Shown here in pieces: positions 19,773 through 30,222 of a stretch of 64,000 bases of DNA. Each line of letters begins with the position of its first letter. The stretch's first letter is position 1. Below the pieces are notes generated by a model. It worked only from the letters and a program-made list of their open reading frames with translations, did no database searches and was not told the DNA's origin. A program made the translations under genes and the position numbers. Origin of the DNA: Trypanosoma brucei (Eukaryota); assembly GCA_000002445.1 (NCBI GenBank), contig CH464491.1, forward strand, positions 3,808,001 to 3,872,000, read 5' to 3'.

Positions 19773-22700
19773 TTACCACCATCCTCTGTGTACCGTAGTG
19801 TGGCGGACAACACCTCTCCTAATGGATGGATCAACGACTCCGTTATGTGATGTATATCCTCCAAACTCTGTGGGACGTGCCCTCCGGAGTGGCGAGGGTT
19901 CAGCTCGCGGCACTTCCCCAAAACATGCCACGCTCCCTCCAAGCGGCAACTGAGGTGCGCTGCCATGAGCAAATGCCCCGGACGCATTTGCGACACACCG
20001 CGGGCCCCACGTGAAGGGGGCGAAGCACTCGGCTTTTGAGAAAGTGCTTTGGCGATAGGCATCAACGCCGACGTGTGACAACTGGCGGCCGGAAGTGGCA
20101 GCATTTGTTGTCACCCGAAGTTGGTGCACGACTCCCGTGCGGTGCGGAGGGGTGCTGGCGTGTGGACATTCAAAAATGCTCCGCTGAAAAGTGGGATGGC
20201 CAGTGGAATACGTAGCAGGAGGCGTTGTGTGAGGAAAGAGTGGCGAGACACCAGACTCTATTGTGTTAACTATGGGATGTGTCGCTGCTGCGCGTGTATC
20301 CCCATAGCATCCTTGGTAATGGGCGTGCCTTCCAACCGTTGTATAAGGGGAAACGCCTTGTACATTAAAACGAAACCGTTTTGATGGGCGCGCGCCGCCA
20401 CGTCCAACATCTGTTACGGGGTTTGGAGGAGGCGACAGGGTTTTGGGAAGGACGACTTCCATTCCACCAAGCAGCATGTCGTCCCCTTCCTTGCACGATA
20501 TTTGTGGGCTCCACCGTGTTTCTGGTGAGTCACCAGATCCGTTTTCTTTGTTCTCCCGACGTCTCTTGTAGCCAAATGGAGATGACACTACCCTGATTCC
20601 CATGGAAGACGCTATCTGAGCCTTCCGCTCTAACAAATACTTGAATGCCTCGTCCGTTTGACCAGCTTCAGTATCCCGTCGCCTACTGCTTTCCGAGTCC
20701 GCCATTTTCGTCTTGACGACAGTTGCCTCGTCATCGCAGCCGACAGCGGCCGAATGAGCCCCCCGTTCAGCACTGGTTGTGCCAATCTCCCCTCCTTCAA
20801 GATCCGAAGCGCACTGATCGGCAATAACACTCGTGTCCCCTCTCACTTGATGCGGTGTCGTGACGAAGGGTTCGGTTGATCGCCGGTTGTGTGGCACGGG
20901 CTCATTTATGCTGTCGCGGTCGGCGTTCCGATCGGTAACCTTCACGTCGTCTGGCGTCTTCTTCAGGGTGCCTTGCATTTTTTCCGCAGTGGTTCGATGC
21001 TTTGGCTGCTGCGCGAATCCGGTCGCTGTTTGCAGCTTTACCGAATCGCCCGCTTCGACGCCGCCCACCTTCAGTGTGGCGTTGCAGTCGTTCCCGAGAA
21101 AGTTCCCGTTGGTGAGGCTCCCCATAATTTGTCCCCGATACCCGGGGGAAACCTGGAAGGTGAAAACGAGCGGCCTCCGATTGGCGGTCCTGCAATCGAT
21201 CTGACGAAGAAGGTGTGTACGATCAAGTTCGAGATCCCCAACAAGCAGTATCATATGGCACTGCTCTAGTGGAGGATCTCTTCGTGTGGAGACGCCCGCC
21301 TTATAGGAGACTACGACACGCACGGTGCCGGCTTCCGTAACATGCTCAAGCGCTAAGTTGTACATTGGACGCGAGTGGCACTTTTCCTGGAGATCTGTCC
21401 CGAATGGGGGATTCTTACCGCATAGAGCCTCCAACTTTCTTGGGTTGGCTTGCAGCACGTCAGAAAAGTTCTTTATTCCACCTTCATGGAGCGCCTTCGC
21501 CATGTTTTCACCAATTCCCTCAATTTGCTTAATGATGAGTCCATCCCACCAAGTGCCCTGTTCAATACACCTGCAAAGAAGTGAGCTCTGTTGGATGAGG
21601 GAAAAGCATGGATGGGTTGTGGCGTAGTCGACGACAAAGCGAGCGACGCGTGGGGCTACCGTCCACAGGCGCACGCAATCGTTCCTGAGCGAAAAATCCG
21701 ATACCGCCACTCGATCAAGATGGGCCTGGATGAGCACATACACTTTGTGCCAATCTTCCCTCACCTCACGCCCGCCGCGCATTCCACAGTTGAGCGGGAA
21801 TCGGATAACTTTGTTGAGCTCGTTAAGGTGCTTCTTATCCCCTTGCCGCAGTCGAAGACCGTCAAATTCGCTGGAGTGGCAAAAAACACGGAGGACTTGG
21901 TGCAGAGTGAAGGACTCACCTGTTTTTTGTTGAATTTGCCCTTCCTCCTCTGCCATTGCCGCGCCCATTATTTGAGGTGCTCCCTGCCGACCGCTCTGAT
22001 GGGAAAACCGGTGCAGTAACTCTCTGTTGAGTGTTTCAACCGTTTTGAAGAGAATATACCGACGTGCCATGGCGCGTCCTACGCGAGTACTCTCTACGGC
22101 GCAATTCACATCGCTTACATCACGGCAGCCGGTGCTGCTGGGTGACCTGTCCTGGAGGGTTTGTGTAGCTGACTCATTCAAAATGACATCCCCTGCCTTT
22201 AGTGCATCGCGGCCGATCGCGACACAGCCTTGTTTTTCAAGTTCGGCTAACATCCTCCGCATCAGTTGATCCGCGAACTGTTCTCGGTCAAAATCGTCTT
22301 CCTCTTGTTTGGTAGAGAAAATAATGCCGTAGCGGCGTGGGCAGCGTCGAAGCCGGATCCAAAAAAAAGTTGTTTTGATCCACTCCACACCAAGTGATAA
22401 GTTGTGAATAGTTCGCAGGGCCACCTCTGCATTCACATGTTCAATCATGTTCTGGTGCAGGCGACTCTCTACGGTTGTGCACGTGTCTCCGTGTTGCAAT
22501 GGTTTGTACAGGTACGCCTTGTCATCCGTTGTGAGCACAAGTGCGACGCCGTGCGTGTCGAGTCCTGGTCGTCCAGCGCGACCGCTCATTTGTGCAATTT
22601 CCGAAAGGGGAAGGTCGTCACGGTTACCATTCTTGAAGAACGTTGTGCCCTTGACGATCACAAGGTGTGCGGGAAGGTTGACGCCCAGTGCCAGGGTTGT

Positions 22701-23864
22701 AGTTGTGCAGATGACTGAAACGTAGTGCCCCATGAACATGCGCTCCACGAGGGTCCTGTCATTTGCTGTCATGGCGGCGTGGTGGTATGCGATACCCAGC
22801 AGAAGCATCGTTCGCAGCTGTTTATCATTTGCGGAGGATGCCAATCGCTGGACCTCCTCACTGGCGCACAACTGCCGTTCGCAACCTTCCCGTGCTGCCG
22901 CCTCGTTCAGTTCTTCCGTAATACGCCTCGCGGAATTCATGGTTTCTCCGCGTGACGCGCAAAACACCAGTGTCGGACGGCCCTCGCTGTACCGCCGAAT
23001 CAATCCAAACAGTTTGAGGGTGAGGAAACGGTCGAACGCGAAGGGATTGCTTGAAGTGCTGGGATACGACACCACCCGCAGTGTTAGTGGCAGAGGGCGG
23101 TCTGCTGATGTAAACGAAAATACCCCTGCAGGGGGAACCTGAAGCCACTCAGCGAAATCTTCAATATTGGGGAGAGTTCCGCTGATGGCAACAAAACGGG
23201 TTCGACAAACCTGCGGCCCGCGGGTCGTCATAGATAATTTTATTGCCTTCATGCGACTCACTACTGCCTCCAACGCTGCGCCGCGCTCCTCACTGACAGT
23301 GTGAACCTCGTCTAGCATCAAAAGTGCTACGGAGGCCACAAGGTTCCACACAACACCTTCTTTCCATCGCCGTGTAATGCCGTCCCAGCGCTCAGGCGTT
23401 GTGATGATGATATCCGTTTGGAACACTTCATCCATAATTGCATCAACCGTTCGCATGGCTTCCTGATCCCCCGTCTCCATTACAACTGAAAGCGCGGGGA
23501 ACCGCTCGCGCCACTGCGTGTACTTTTCAAATGCGAGGGCCTTCATTGGGCATATGTACACTGCCTTTCTATTCGTAGGGCTATTTGCATATTCCTTGTT
23601 CCCGGAAGCGGCATCAACCTCATCATCAGCATTTGGGGGAAGCGCCGCATCGGAACCCACTGTGTTCAGTGTTAAACGGTCCTTGAACAGTCGAAGCATT
23701 GCCGCCTCCAGCAACGCTGTCTTTCCGCTCCCTGTGGGGGCAGCAACCACAACGTTAAAATCGTTCTGAATTATTGCTGGTATAACTCGCTCTTGCACGC
23801 GCGTAAAGTTTGTGTGAGGAAAATACGATGCGAGGGGCCCTAGGCAATCGCACAAGATTGGCAT
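19773..23864 (-). CDS. Ski2-family DExH helicase with winged-helix and Sec63 module (Mer3/HFM1-like) and long low-complexity C-terminal tail
   Basis: Motif I 'AAPTGSGKT' and motif II 'DEVH'. 'QMSGRAGRPG' is motif VI. A winged-helix segment follows, then a Sec63-like HhH 'IKQIEGIGENMAKAL'. A single helicase cassette is present. The ORF runs to 23999, but the first 45 residues are low-complexity, so the Met at 23864 is the likely start. Confidence 0.65.
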   Translation of the reverse strand: MPILCDCLGPLASYFPHTNFTRVQERVIPAIIQNDFNVVVAAPTGSGKTALLEAAMLRLFKDRLTLNTVGSDAALPPNADDEVDAASGNKEYANSPTNRKAVYICPMKALAFEKYTQWRERFPALSVVMETGDQEAMRTVDAIMDEVFQTDIIITTPERWDGITRRWKEGVVWNLVASVALLMLDEVHTVSEERGAALEAVVSRMKAIKLSMTTRGPQVCRTRFVAISGTLPNIEDFAEWLQVPPAGVFSFTSADRPLPLTLRVVSYPSTSSNPFAFDRFLTLKLFGLIRRYSEGRPTLVFCASRGETMNSARRITEELNEAAAREGCERQLCASEEVQRLASSANDKQLRTMLLLGIAYHHAAMTANDRTLVERMFMGHYVSVICTTTTLALGVNLPAHLVIVKGTTFFKNGNRDDLPLSEIAQMSGRAGRPGLDTHGVALVLTTDDKAYLYKPLQHGDTCTTVESRLHQNMIEHVNAEVALRTIHNLSLGVEWIKTTFFWIRLRRCPRRYGIIFSTKQEEDDFDREQFADQLMRRMLAELEKQGCVAIGRDALKAGDVILNESATQTLQDRSPSSTGCRDVSDVNCAVESTRVGRAMARRYILFKTVETLNRELLHRFSHQSGRQGAPQIMGAAMAEEEGQIQQKTGESFTLHQVLRVFCHSSEFDGLRLRQGDKKHLNELNKVIRFPLNCGMRGGREVREDWHKVYVLIQAHLDRVAVSDFSLRNDCVRLWTVAPRVARFVVDYATTHPCFSLIQQSSLLCRCIEQGTWWDGLIIKQIEGIGENMAKALHEGGIKNFSDVLQANPRKLEALCGKNPPFGTDLQEKCHSRPMYNLALEHVTEAGTVRVVVSYKAGVSTRRDPPLEQCHMILLVGDLELDRTHLLRQIDCRTANRRPLVFTFQVSPGYRGQIMGSLTNGNFLGNDCNATLKVGGVEAGDSVKLQTATGFAQQPKHRTTAEKMQGTLKKTPDDVKVTDRNADRDSINEPVPHNRRSTEPFVTTPHQVRGDTSVIADQCASDLEGGEIGTTSAERGAHSAAVGCDDEATVVKTKMADSESSRRRDTEAGQTDEAFKYLLERKAQIASSMGIRVVSSPFGYKRRRENKENGSGDSPETRWSPQISCKEGDDMLLGGMEVVLPKTLSPPPNPVTDVGRGGARPSKRFRFNVQGVSPYTTVGRHAHYQGCYGDTRAAATHPIVNTIESGVSPLFPHTTPPATYSTGHPTFQRSIFECPHASTPPHRTGVVHQLRVTTNAATSGRQLSHVGVDAYRQSTFSKAECFAPFTWGPRCVANASGAFAHGSAPQLPLGGSVACFGEVPRAEPSPLRRARPTEFGGYTSHNGVVDPSIRRGVVRHTTVHRGWW

Positions 23865-24288
23865 CAGCACAACCGCCTGAGGGGTGTTTGTGGGAAGGCG
23901 GCTATTCAACACAAATCCAAGAAGTGAATAAATGAAAAGTGAGCAATAAAATTTTAGAAGGATATACTCCACTGGAACACAGAGAGAGCGATAAACCATT
24001 AGGTCGTAATTGTATCAACAGCAGTGGGCATCGTGATGCCGCCCATGGCTTCCGCGGCAGACCACATGAAACCAAATATGCATTCCTGCATATTTTTTTT
24101 TACTACCACCAGAGCCACCACGTTTATTCGTACACCGCGCCAACTGTTGTAATACTGGCAGTTGGGGAATAAGCACTTTTCCATCACGCGCAAACATTTC
24201 CCTCTGCAGTGGAGGCAGATGCAATAGGATTGGCACAGGCAGTCAAGGGCGTCAAAACCAGCAAACACAATCTTTCCATCGTGCATCT

Positions 24289-26106
24289 TTAGGGAGTCCA
24301 AAAAACATTACCGGTTGCGCAAACAACATGCAGCGCTTTCTCCACCTGTCCCTGTGCCCCGACAGACTCGAGGACGTCGAGGATCGCATCTGAGGAGGGG
24401 ACGCCCTCTGCTTCATGCATGGCGGTTACCGCTCGTAGGGCTGAAACCCACGGGGAACGGCTCGCCGCAGCTAACGCATCGTTGTACACGCCTGCCTCTA
24501 GTTTTACACCACCAGTGTGAGCACGCTCCATCCAGAATAATGCGCTGCGCCAACGACCGGCGTACACCGACGACTGTACACACAACTGTAAATTATTTGT
24601 AGTAAAAGGGCCCCTATTTGACAAACAAACCGCCATGGCCTTAGCTGCAAGCGCCCAGCGGCCTTGATGGGCAACGTAGGATGAAAGTAATGGTAGCGCA
24701 TGAAATTGCTTCCGCGCCACCATAGCGGACATAAACCGTGCGGCAAGCTGCCAATGACCGGGCCGATTGGATACGGTGCGGGCCAACACATACGCGTCTG
24801 TGTCTGCCATCGTCGCGTCACAAAGTTGTTGATACAACCGGTCACCAACATGTGATGGTAGTGAAGCTGGATTTTGGTGGGCCAACACATTTAGCAGTGA
24901 GTTCAGGTTCATGGTGGTGGGTTTCTTGCTGTACAACGCGTTGGCTACGGCCACCACATCGTCAGAGCAGGGTAGGGAGGGCACATCAGAGGTACTTGCT
25001 TGTGTGGATTCGCGCAGCCAATGTAGAGCTAGTTGCCTTCCATTATTCGTGTGGAGACACCTAAGCAGCACGTCCACCGCAGATTCTGGTTCATCTGCCA
25101 TCATGGTACGGTAGAACTGTTCAAGTTTTTCTGGTTGCCGATCAGCGACAAGCGGCACAAGGATGTGATAAAGAAATTTCAATGGCTTTGTTACTGGCGG
25201 AGCCAAAGTACCTCCAACGTGCACTTCACGGGGTCTAAGAATCACCCCTCCACGTTCCGCTACTTGTGATAGTAGTCGAGCCATCCTCGACTGTTGCAAC
25301 TGGCAGCCCCTTTTTGTGTAGTCATGATAAACAACCAATGCCTCCTGCCACTTAAACCGTGCGGCTACGGTCAGACAGCACGCGTATACAACTGGTGTCC
25401 ACTCAGACTTGAAGGGTTGAACACTCCCGTAGAGGTCCAAACTTTCCTTCTCTGAGTTCCTGCAAACATCAAATAATGAGACAAGCACGTCATCGGAAAG
25501 AAGCACCTCTTGTGCGTATTTCACGCAGTAGTCAACCGCCATTTTAGTATGTCCTGTTGCGAGAAGCGTCCGCACGACACTCTCTAAGTTTCTTTTGATG
25601 AGGTACGCAAAGTGGCCGCCACTTTTCGCCCCCTCTGTTATTGTAAGAGCAGCTTCCCAATCACCCTCTAACTCAATTGCTTCGTGGAGTCGGCAAACTT
25701 CAGCTACGGAGTATCTGTTCAATGTCGCCGCAATCTCTTCGGAGGAGCACGTCAGAAGCTCAGTGGCCGAGGTTCGGTTGTGTCTTGCGTAATGAACACG
25801 GCGGTGCGGGACGCACGGGTACTCGTGAATAATCTCTTTGCTGTATTTTTCCACAACACTGCTGGACACGAGCGTCTCTTCCGCTCCATTTTTAATCCCT
25901 CGTGTGCGGTCCGACTTGATGCCAGGAAGTAAAATACAGGGGGTTGTTTGGCTCCTTCGCACTGGTGTTTGTGGGGACGATACGCCTCCGCTTGCAGTTA
26001 ACGTCCTCCTCGGAACACTCGAGGAAAATAAATCTCGGCGTTTTAGCCAAAGCAGTGGTGAAGCAGATGCGACGACTAGAATGATGTCATCCAAGCCCAA
26101 CGGCAT
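24289..26106 (-). CDS. Hypothetical protein with PPR/TPR-like helical repeats and Arg/Ser-rich presequence (possibly mitochondrial)
   Basis: 605-aa ORF with a basic hydroxylated N-terminus. Repeated roughly 35-aa helical hairpin units such as 'WQEALVVYHDYTKRGCQLQQSRMARLLSQV' and 'WRSALFWMERAHTGGVKLEAGVYNDALAAA'. Confidence 0.45.
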   Translation of the reverse strand: MPLGLDDIILVVASASPLLWLKRRDLFSSSVPRRTLTASGGVSSPQTPVRRSQTTPCILLPGIKSDRTRGIKNGAEETLVSSSVVEKYSKEIIHEYPCVPHRRVHYARHNRTSATELLTCSSEEIAATLNRYSVAEVCRLHEAIELEGDWEAALTITEGAKSGGHFAYLIKRNLESVVRTLLATGHTKMAVDYCVKYAQEVLLSDDVLVSLFDVCRNSEKESLDLYGSVQPFKSEWTPVVYACCLTVAARFKWQEALVVYHDYTKRGCQLQQSRMARLLSQVAERGGVILRPREVHVGGTLAPPVTKPLKFLYHILVPLVADRQPEKLEQFYRTMMADEPESAVDVLLRCLHTNNGRQLALHWLRESTQASTSDVPSLPCSDDVVAVANALYSKKPTTMNLNSLLNVLAHQNPASLPSHVGDRLYQQLCDATMADTDAYVLARTVSNRPGHWQLAARFMSAMVARKQFHALPLLSSYVAHQGRWALAAKAMAVCLSNRGPFTTNNLQLCVQSSVYAGRWRSALFWMERAHTGGVKLEAGVYNDALAAASRSPWVSALRAVTAMHEAEGVPSSDAILDVLESVGAQGQVEKALHVVCATGNVFWTP

Positions 26107-26601
26107 TAAAATGCCAGCAGCGCCCCTTTATTCCACGGCATGCTTCAATTTATTTTGTTAACGAAAATTTTTGTGGAGAAGGAAGAAGTTCCATCAGCAA
26201 CTACGTCAGAAAAAAAAAACATAAGACAACTGGAGGGTCCATACTGAATGAACAACCCTACAAAACAAAAGATATAATAATAGCCTTTTTTTGCCGTCCG
26301 TGCACCACCATTCAACTTGTAGCCTTCTCCGCTTTTGGATTGACAATACAAACGACACTAAGAGAAAGTACAATACCTGTTTCCGTTTTTTTTCTTTTTC
26401 ATTTTTTTAAACGATACGACCTCATGTGGGCATCTATGTTCTCTCTATGCACATTCACCGTTGTCAAAGCTTCCATTGCCGCTGATATCTATGAATGTTC
26501 TTCTCGTTCCATGCCATCAGCGTGTGGTCCTCCCACCAACCTGCATTTCAATATCCGTCTTCATCTCTCACCATTCATTTTTTCGGCATCGCACTTTTTT
26601 A

Positions 26602-29600
26602 TCATGTTGTCAACAACTGGGGGCCGTCAATTAACCTGACGTCACCAATGCGTCCACCAAATGTTATTTGTGGGTAACAGCTCCTTGCTGCCCTCCACTG
26701 TGGGATATGACCGTCATCCAGTTGCTTCCCATTCGTGTTGTGGACGGTTAGTTTTGCGTGACCAACTCGTGGGGCTAAGGTTACTCTCAAGTTAAAGTGC
26801 TGACGTCTCGCACCCTCAGGTACAACCCACAGGTGGCCAAGATCGGGCGTATGGTTTTCACTCCATGTTGTTAAATTACCTCCTACGCCCACGCCAATGC
26901 CAACCCATTCACCCGGGTCGTCTACACGAAGAGTCCATTGGAGTGCAATTGGCCGCGTCGACAGGTTTCTACCCTCTCGACATGCCTTGATAATCTTGTG
27001 AATAGGGGCATTGAAAATGCATGTCCCCCGGCACCCAGGGACAGTAATCCACTGCCCTAGGCGACGCACTCTCTTGATGTTCTCGTCATCTCCCAGTATA
27101 TCACTATCTTCAAATACCTCGTGAGGCAACAGCGGTGCAGCTCGTCGGCCGGTTGGGGATCCTCTCCCAACTGAACGTCTGCGACGTACGCTTGTGAGAG
27201 GCCGTTTATGTGGGTGGGTAGACAGATTCAAATGGTCATCGAGGGTTAACTCTTTTGTGGGAACGCTTTTCTGGGAAGTCCTTCTTTTGCTTTCGTAATC
27301 ATCCGTCTGCGTAACCTCTTCCTGTCTATCATCCCCCATTCTGCGGCGTCTGGAACTAGGAGGACGCGTGTATGGGACCACGGAAACAAGCTGCAACTCC
27401 GCCATAACACCCTCCAAATTAACCGATAACCCCGAATTCAGAAGTGAGATGTCAGTTGCATCCGTCGAAGTGCCCCACGGGGTTTCTTCCCCTACGTGAA
27501 GCGCGCTGGCCACCGTAGCAACCTGAAGGGAATACAGTGGCTTGAGGGCGTCCGAGCGCAAATGGTCTATTGCCGCTTTCATTAGTGCAACTTTTTCTTC
27601 GGCCAGTAGTATTTCTTTGGCTACGCTGCTCAATGTCGATGCGAAGGAAGCATCACAGTGCTCCAAAAATTCGTCCCGCTTCGATTTCACCGCAGATATG
27701 AGCATGTCGAATTGCCGAATAACGGCCTCCTTTTTGTGCTTCGCCACCGATATTATCCGCTGATGATGGCCCATCCACTCAGCAGTTTTATCGATGCTCC
27801 TTTTCAAATGCTCGCCCAGGGTTTCCGTGACGCGCCTTCGTGAATCACCTTCGAGAGCTTCAGGGACGACAATTAATTTCGATGTGTCAACCCCACTTTT
27901 CGACAGACAAAGAGAGCAACAAAGTTCTCTCGTTGAGCTGTCATACAGTTGAAGCTCCTTGTGATGAACGGGGCAAAGAGGTTCGGAGCCTTGAACAGAA
28001 TACGGGATCCATCGGACATCCAACATGGCCTTTGGGAGCACATACCTTACGGGGTCGCGGAAAATAATTGCGGATTTATCCAAAGTAAAGCAGCTGGTGA
28101 CGGTAGAGTCGTTTTCAAATATATGTTCAGCCTCAACTTCAGTGCCAGCAAACACCATATTGCCTGGCGCCGCCTCACATAGAACTATGGAGGTGTCCAA
28201 CTGCCCCGGAATATCGGCAGATGTCGCTTCCACCCCATCGCATTGCGCGAGACGCAACTGTGGATAAAATAACTGGTTCGGCAATACACCCTTGGATGCA
28301 ACTAAAATGGTGGCGTGCTCTTTCAACCCAGGAGCTCGCGAGCGTTCAGAGTTTATTAGGCGGATGCGGTGTAGCTTAGTAACCTTCCCGTAAAACTGTT
28401 GAGGGCACAGAATCGACAGAAACTGTTCAGCAATATGCTTGCGACTAGCTTCTTGAAGTTTGTTAGACGTTTCCAGTGACGGAGCCGTTCTCCTGCTAAC
28501 ACCATTGGAACTCTGATCTTGTAATGTAGACATCATTGCGTTCCACTGATTTTTGGGATTCTCGGCAACAGGTAGCGAAGGCTCATGTTTACCCTCTGCA
28601 GGTGTCGCTTCTTCTATTTTTTCCTCCTCATCCACTTCCATCACTGATGCTTTCTGCACCCCTTCTACGGAAGGTAACCCAAAACGAGATCGGGATTTGC
28701 TCGATATCCCGGACCCCTTGCTCTTGGGTGTCTCTGGCGCCGATATTCTATGTGAATTATGACGTTGTGTGCGGCTTGCACTTCGTGGTGACTCAACGTC
28801 CATCGGCTTCGCACACTTTTCATTCACAACACTTTTTTCTTCCGGGGTCGGTGTAGTCTCCTCCTCCTTACACTGGCCCTCAGGGGGATTCGTATCGGTA
28901 AATTGGAACGAAACCGAGGAGTCACTAGAGGAAGAAGAGGACTTTCTTGCGTCCCCTGAACGCTGCTTTGCTTCAGTGTTCGCGCCCTCCTTTCCTTCTT
29001 CCTCTGCGACAAACGCAATTTCATCACCATTATCGCCATTAACAACAGGGTTTTCTGGAGTCGGGGGAACGTCCTTCGATGCTTTTTCTCCGGCGAGGGC
29101 TGATGATGAGCGTCGTGCAGTTGTACGTCGGCTGAGACGATGATGTCGACGGTGACGTGATTGCTCCGCCGGTAAACTCCCTTCAGTCGCAGCTGCCAAT
29201 CCCTCCATACATTCCATTTCGTTCGTGCGTGACCGGTGTTTCTGTGGAGTGTCAACAATTTTCCCCTCCGATCGTCTTCGCCGCCGCCGACTCCGTTCTC
29301 CCGGACTCACATGGTCGCTGGACTTCCTTGCCAATCCCGGAGTCAGTGCAGGTGCTGGAGACGCCGGAGACGGTAGGGCCACGGACTGCATGGGGGATGA
29401 AACACTGGTTTGACTTCTGTTAAAATGGGGCGATAGTCCTGGCGATTTTATCGCCGAAGGTGAAACGGGGATCTTAACCATCCCTGGAGGTGGTGGCCCC
29501 GCCATGACTTTAACAAAACCAATCGGTGGGCTCTTGGCCGGGCCTACAAGTGGGGTCCGACCCCCAGGGGGAGTGAACCGCTTCGAAGCTACCATATCCG

Positions 29601-30000
29601 CCGGTATGACGGCTGCAGATGACAACATGAGAGAGGATGATCTCGATCTTGGCAGAAGGATCCGTTCTTGTGTTTGTGAACTGCTCATTGATCTCAAATT
29701 AATTGCCCTTTGTTGTTGTGCACGGAGTGGAACAGGGAGACCCCGTGGAGGTAGCCGTCCTATTGAAGCCGCTCGCGGTGACTCGGACCGACTTCGTGAC
29801 TCTAAAGCCCCGCTTCCTGCGCTCGGTGATCGCTGGATGGAAATCATGGGCGGTGCCTCCACACTTGGCCTTCGAGCCCTTATCACATTATTCGGAGAAA
29901 CACCAGCAAAAACCGAAGAGCCGCTCCGCACACCTTCCGCCAACTCCATCATGGCCACTAACAAACCTTTTACGATCCAACCCGTATGGGTGGAAGACAA
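26602..30000 (-). CDS. Large Ser/Pro-rich protein with TRIM-like layout: B-box zinc finger, coiled-coil, C-terminal SPRY domain
   Basis: 1132-aa ORF. About 600 aa of S/P/R-rich low-complexity sequence at the N-terminus. Cys/His cluster 'CPVHHKELQLYDSSTRELCCSLCLS' looks like a B-box. Heptad region follows. C-terminal SPRY-like 'WVGIGVGVGG...HAKLTVHNTNGKQLDDGHIPQ...ITFGGRIGDVRLIDG'. Confidence 0.55.
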   Translation of the reverse strand: MSSTHTGWIVKGLLVAMMELAEGVRSGSSVFAGVSPNNVIRARRPSVEAPPMISIQRSPSAGSGALESRSRSESPRAASIGRLPPRGLPVPLRAQQQRAINLRSMSSSQTQERILLPRSRSSSLMLSSAAVIPADMVASKRFTPPGGRTPLVGPAKSPPIGFVKVMAGPPPPGMVKIPVSPSAIKSPGLSPHFNRSQTSVSSPMQSVALPSPASPAPALTPGLARKSSDHVSPGERSRRRRRRSEGKIVDTPQKHRSRTNEMECMEGLAAATEGSLPAEQSRHRRHHRLSRRTTARRSSSALAGEKASKDVPPTPENPVVNGDNGDEIAFVAEEEGKEGANTEAKQRSGDARKSSSSSSDSSVSFQFTDTNPPEGQCKEEETTPTPEEKSVVNEKCAKPMDVESPRSASRTQRHNSHRISAPETPKSKGSGISSKSRSRFGLPSVEGVQKASVMEVDEEEKIEEATPAEGKHEPSLPVAENPKNQWNAMMSTLQDQSSNGVSRRTAPSLETSNKLQEASRKHIAEQFLSILCPQQFYGKVTKLHRIRLINSERSRAPGLKEHATILVASKGVLPNQLFYPQLRLAQCDGVEATSADIPGQLDTSIVLCEAAPGNMVFAGTEVEAEHIFENDSTVTSCFTLDKSAIIFRDPVRYVLPKAMLDVRWIPYSVQGSEPLCPVHHKELQLYDSSTRELCCSLCLSKSGVDTSKLIVVPEALEGDSRRRVTETLGEHLKRSIDKTAEWMGHHQRIISVAKHKKEAVIRQFDMLISAVKSKRDEFLEHCDASFASTLSSVAKEILLAEEKVALMKAAIDHLRSDALKPLYSLQVATVASALHVGEETPWGTSTDATDISLLNSGLSVNLEGVMAELQLVSVVPYTRPPSSRRRRMGDDRQEEVTQTDDYESKRRTSQKSVPTKELTLDDHLNLSTHPHKRPLTSVRRRRSVGRGSPTGRRAAPLLPHEVFEDSDILGDDENIKRVRRLGQWITVPGCRGTCIFNAPIHKIIKACREGRNLSTRPIALQWTLRVDDPGEWVGIGVGVGGNLTTWSENHTPDLGHLWVVPEGARRQHFNLRVTLAPRVGHAKLTVHNTNGKQLDDGHIPQWRAARSCYPQITFGGRIGDVRLIDGPQLLTT

Positions 30001-30222
30001 AGTAGTGGATTTTTAAAATAAAAAAATAGATATAATAATCATCATCATAACGGAGGTAAGCGCAGGCAAATAAATATTACCACATAAAGCACTGTAACAA
30101 ATGCCATCTTGTCGATTCATGGATAAGTAATATGGCAACGGTCTTTTTTCCGTCATTTATATACTCGCCGCGTGGTGTATATGCCGGAAGACCACCGCCA
30201 CAACGTGAGCGGCTGCGCCCTA

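Noticed and set aside
19757-22019. Plus-strand ORFs of 100-142 aa (e.g. 20860-21269, 21591-22019) and minus ORF 19757-20104 overlapping the helicase gene
   Set aside because: These are antisense or alternate-frame ORFs inside a 4.2-kb supported CDS. A long GC-balanced coding region routinely yields such shadow ORFs.
23865-23999. N-terminal extensions of several ORFs (helicase at 23999, 31671, 41880, 46851, 56472, 10901)
   Set aside because: The extra N-terminal residues are low-complexity translations of pyrimidine-rich splice-acceptor regions. An internal Met that begins recognisable protein sequence was preferred as the start.
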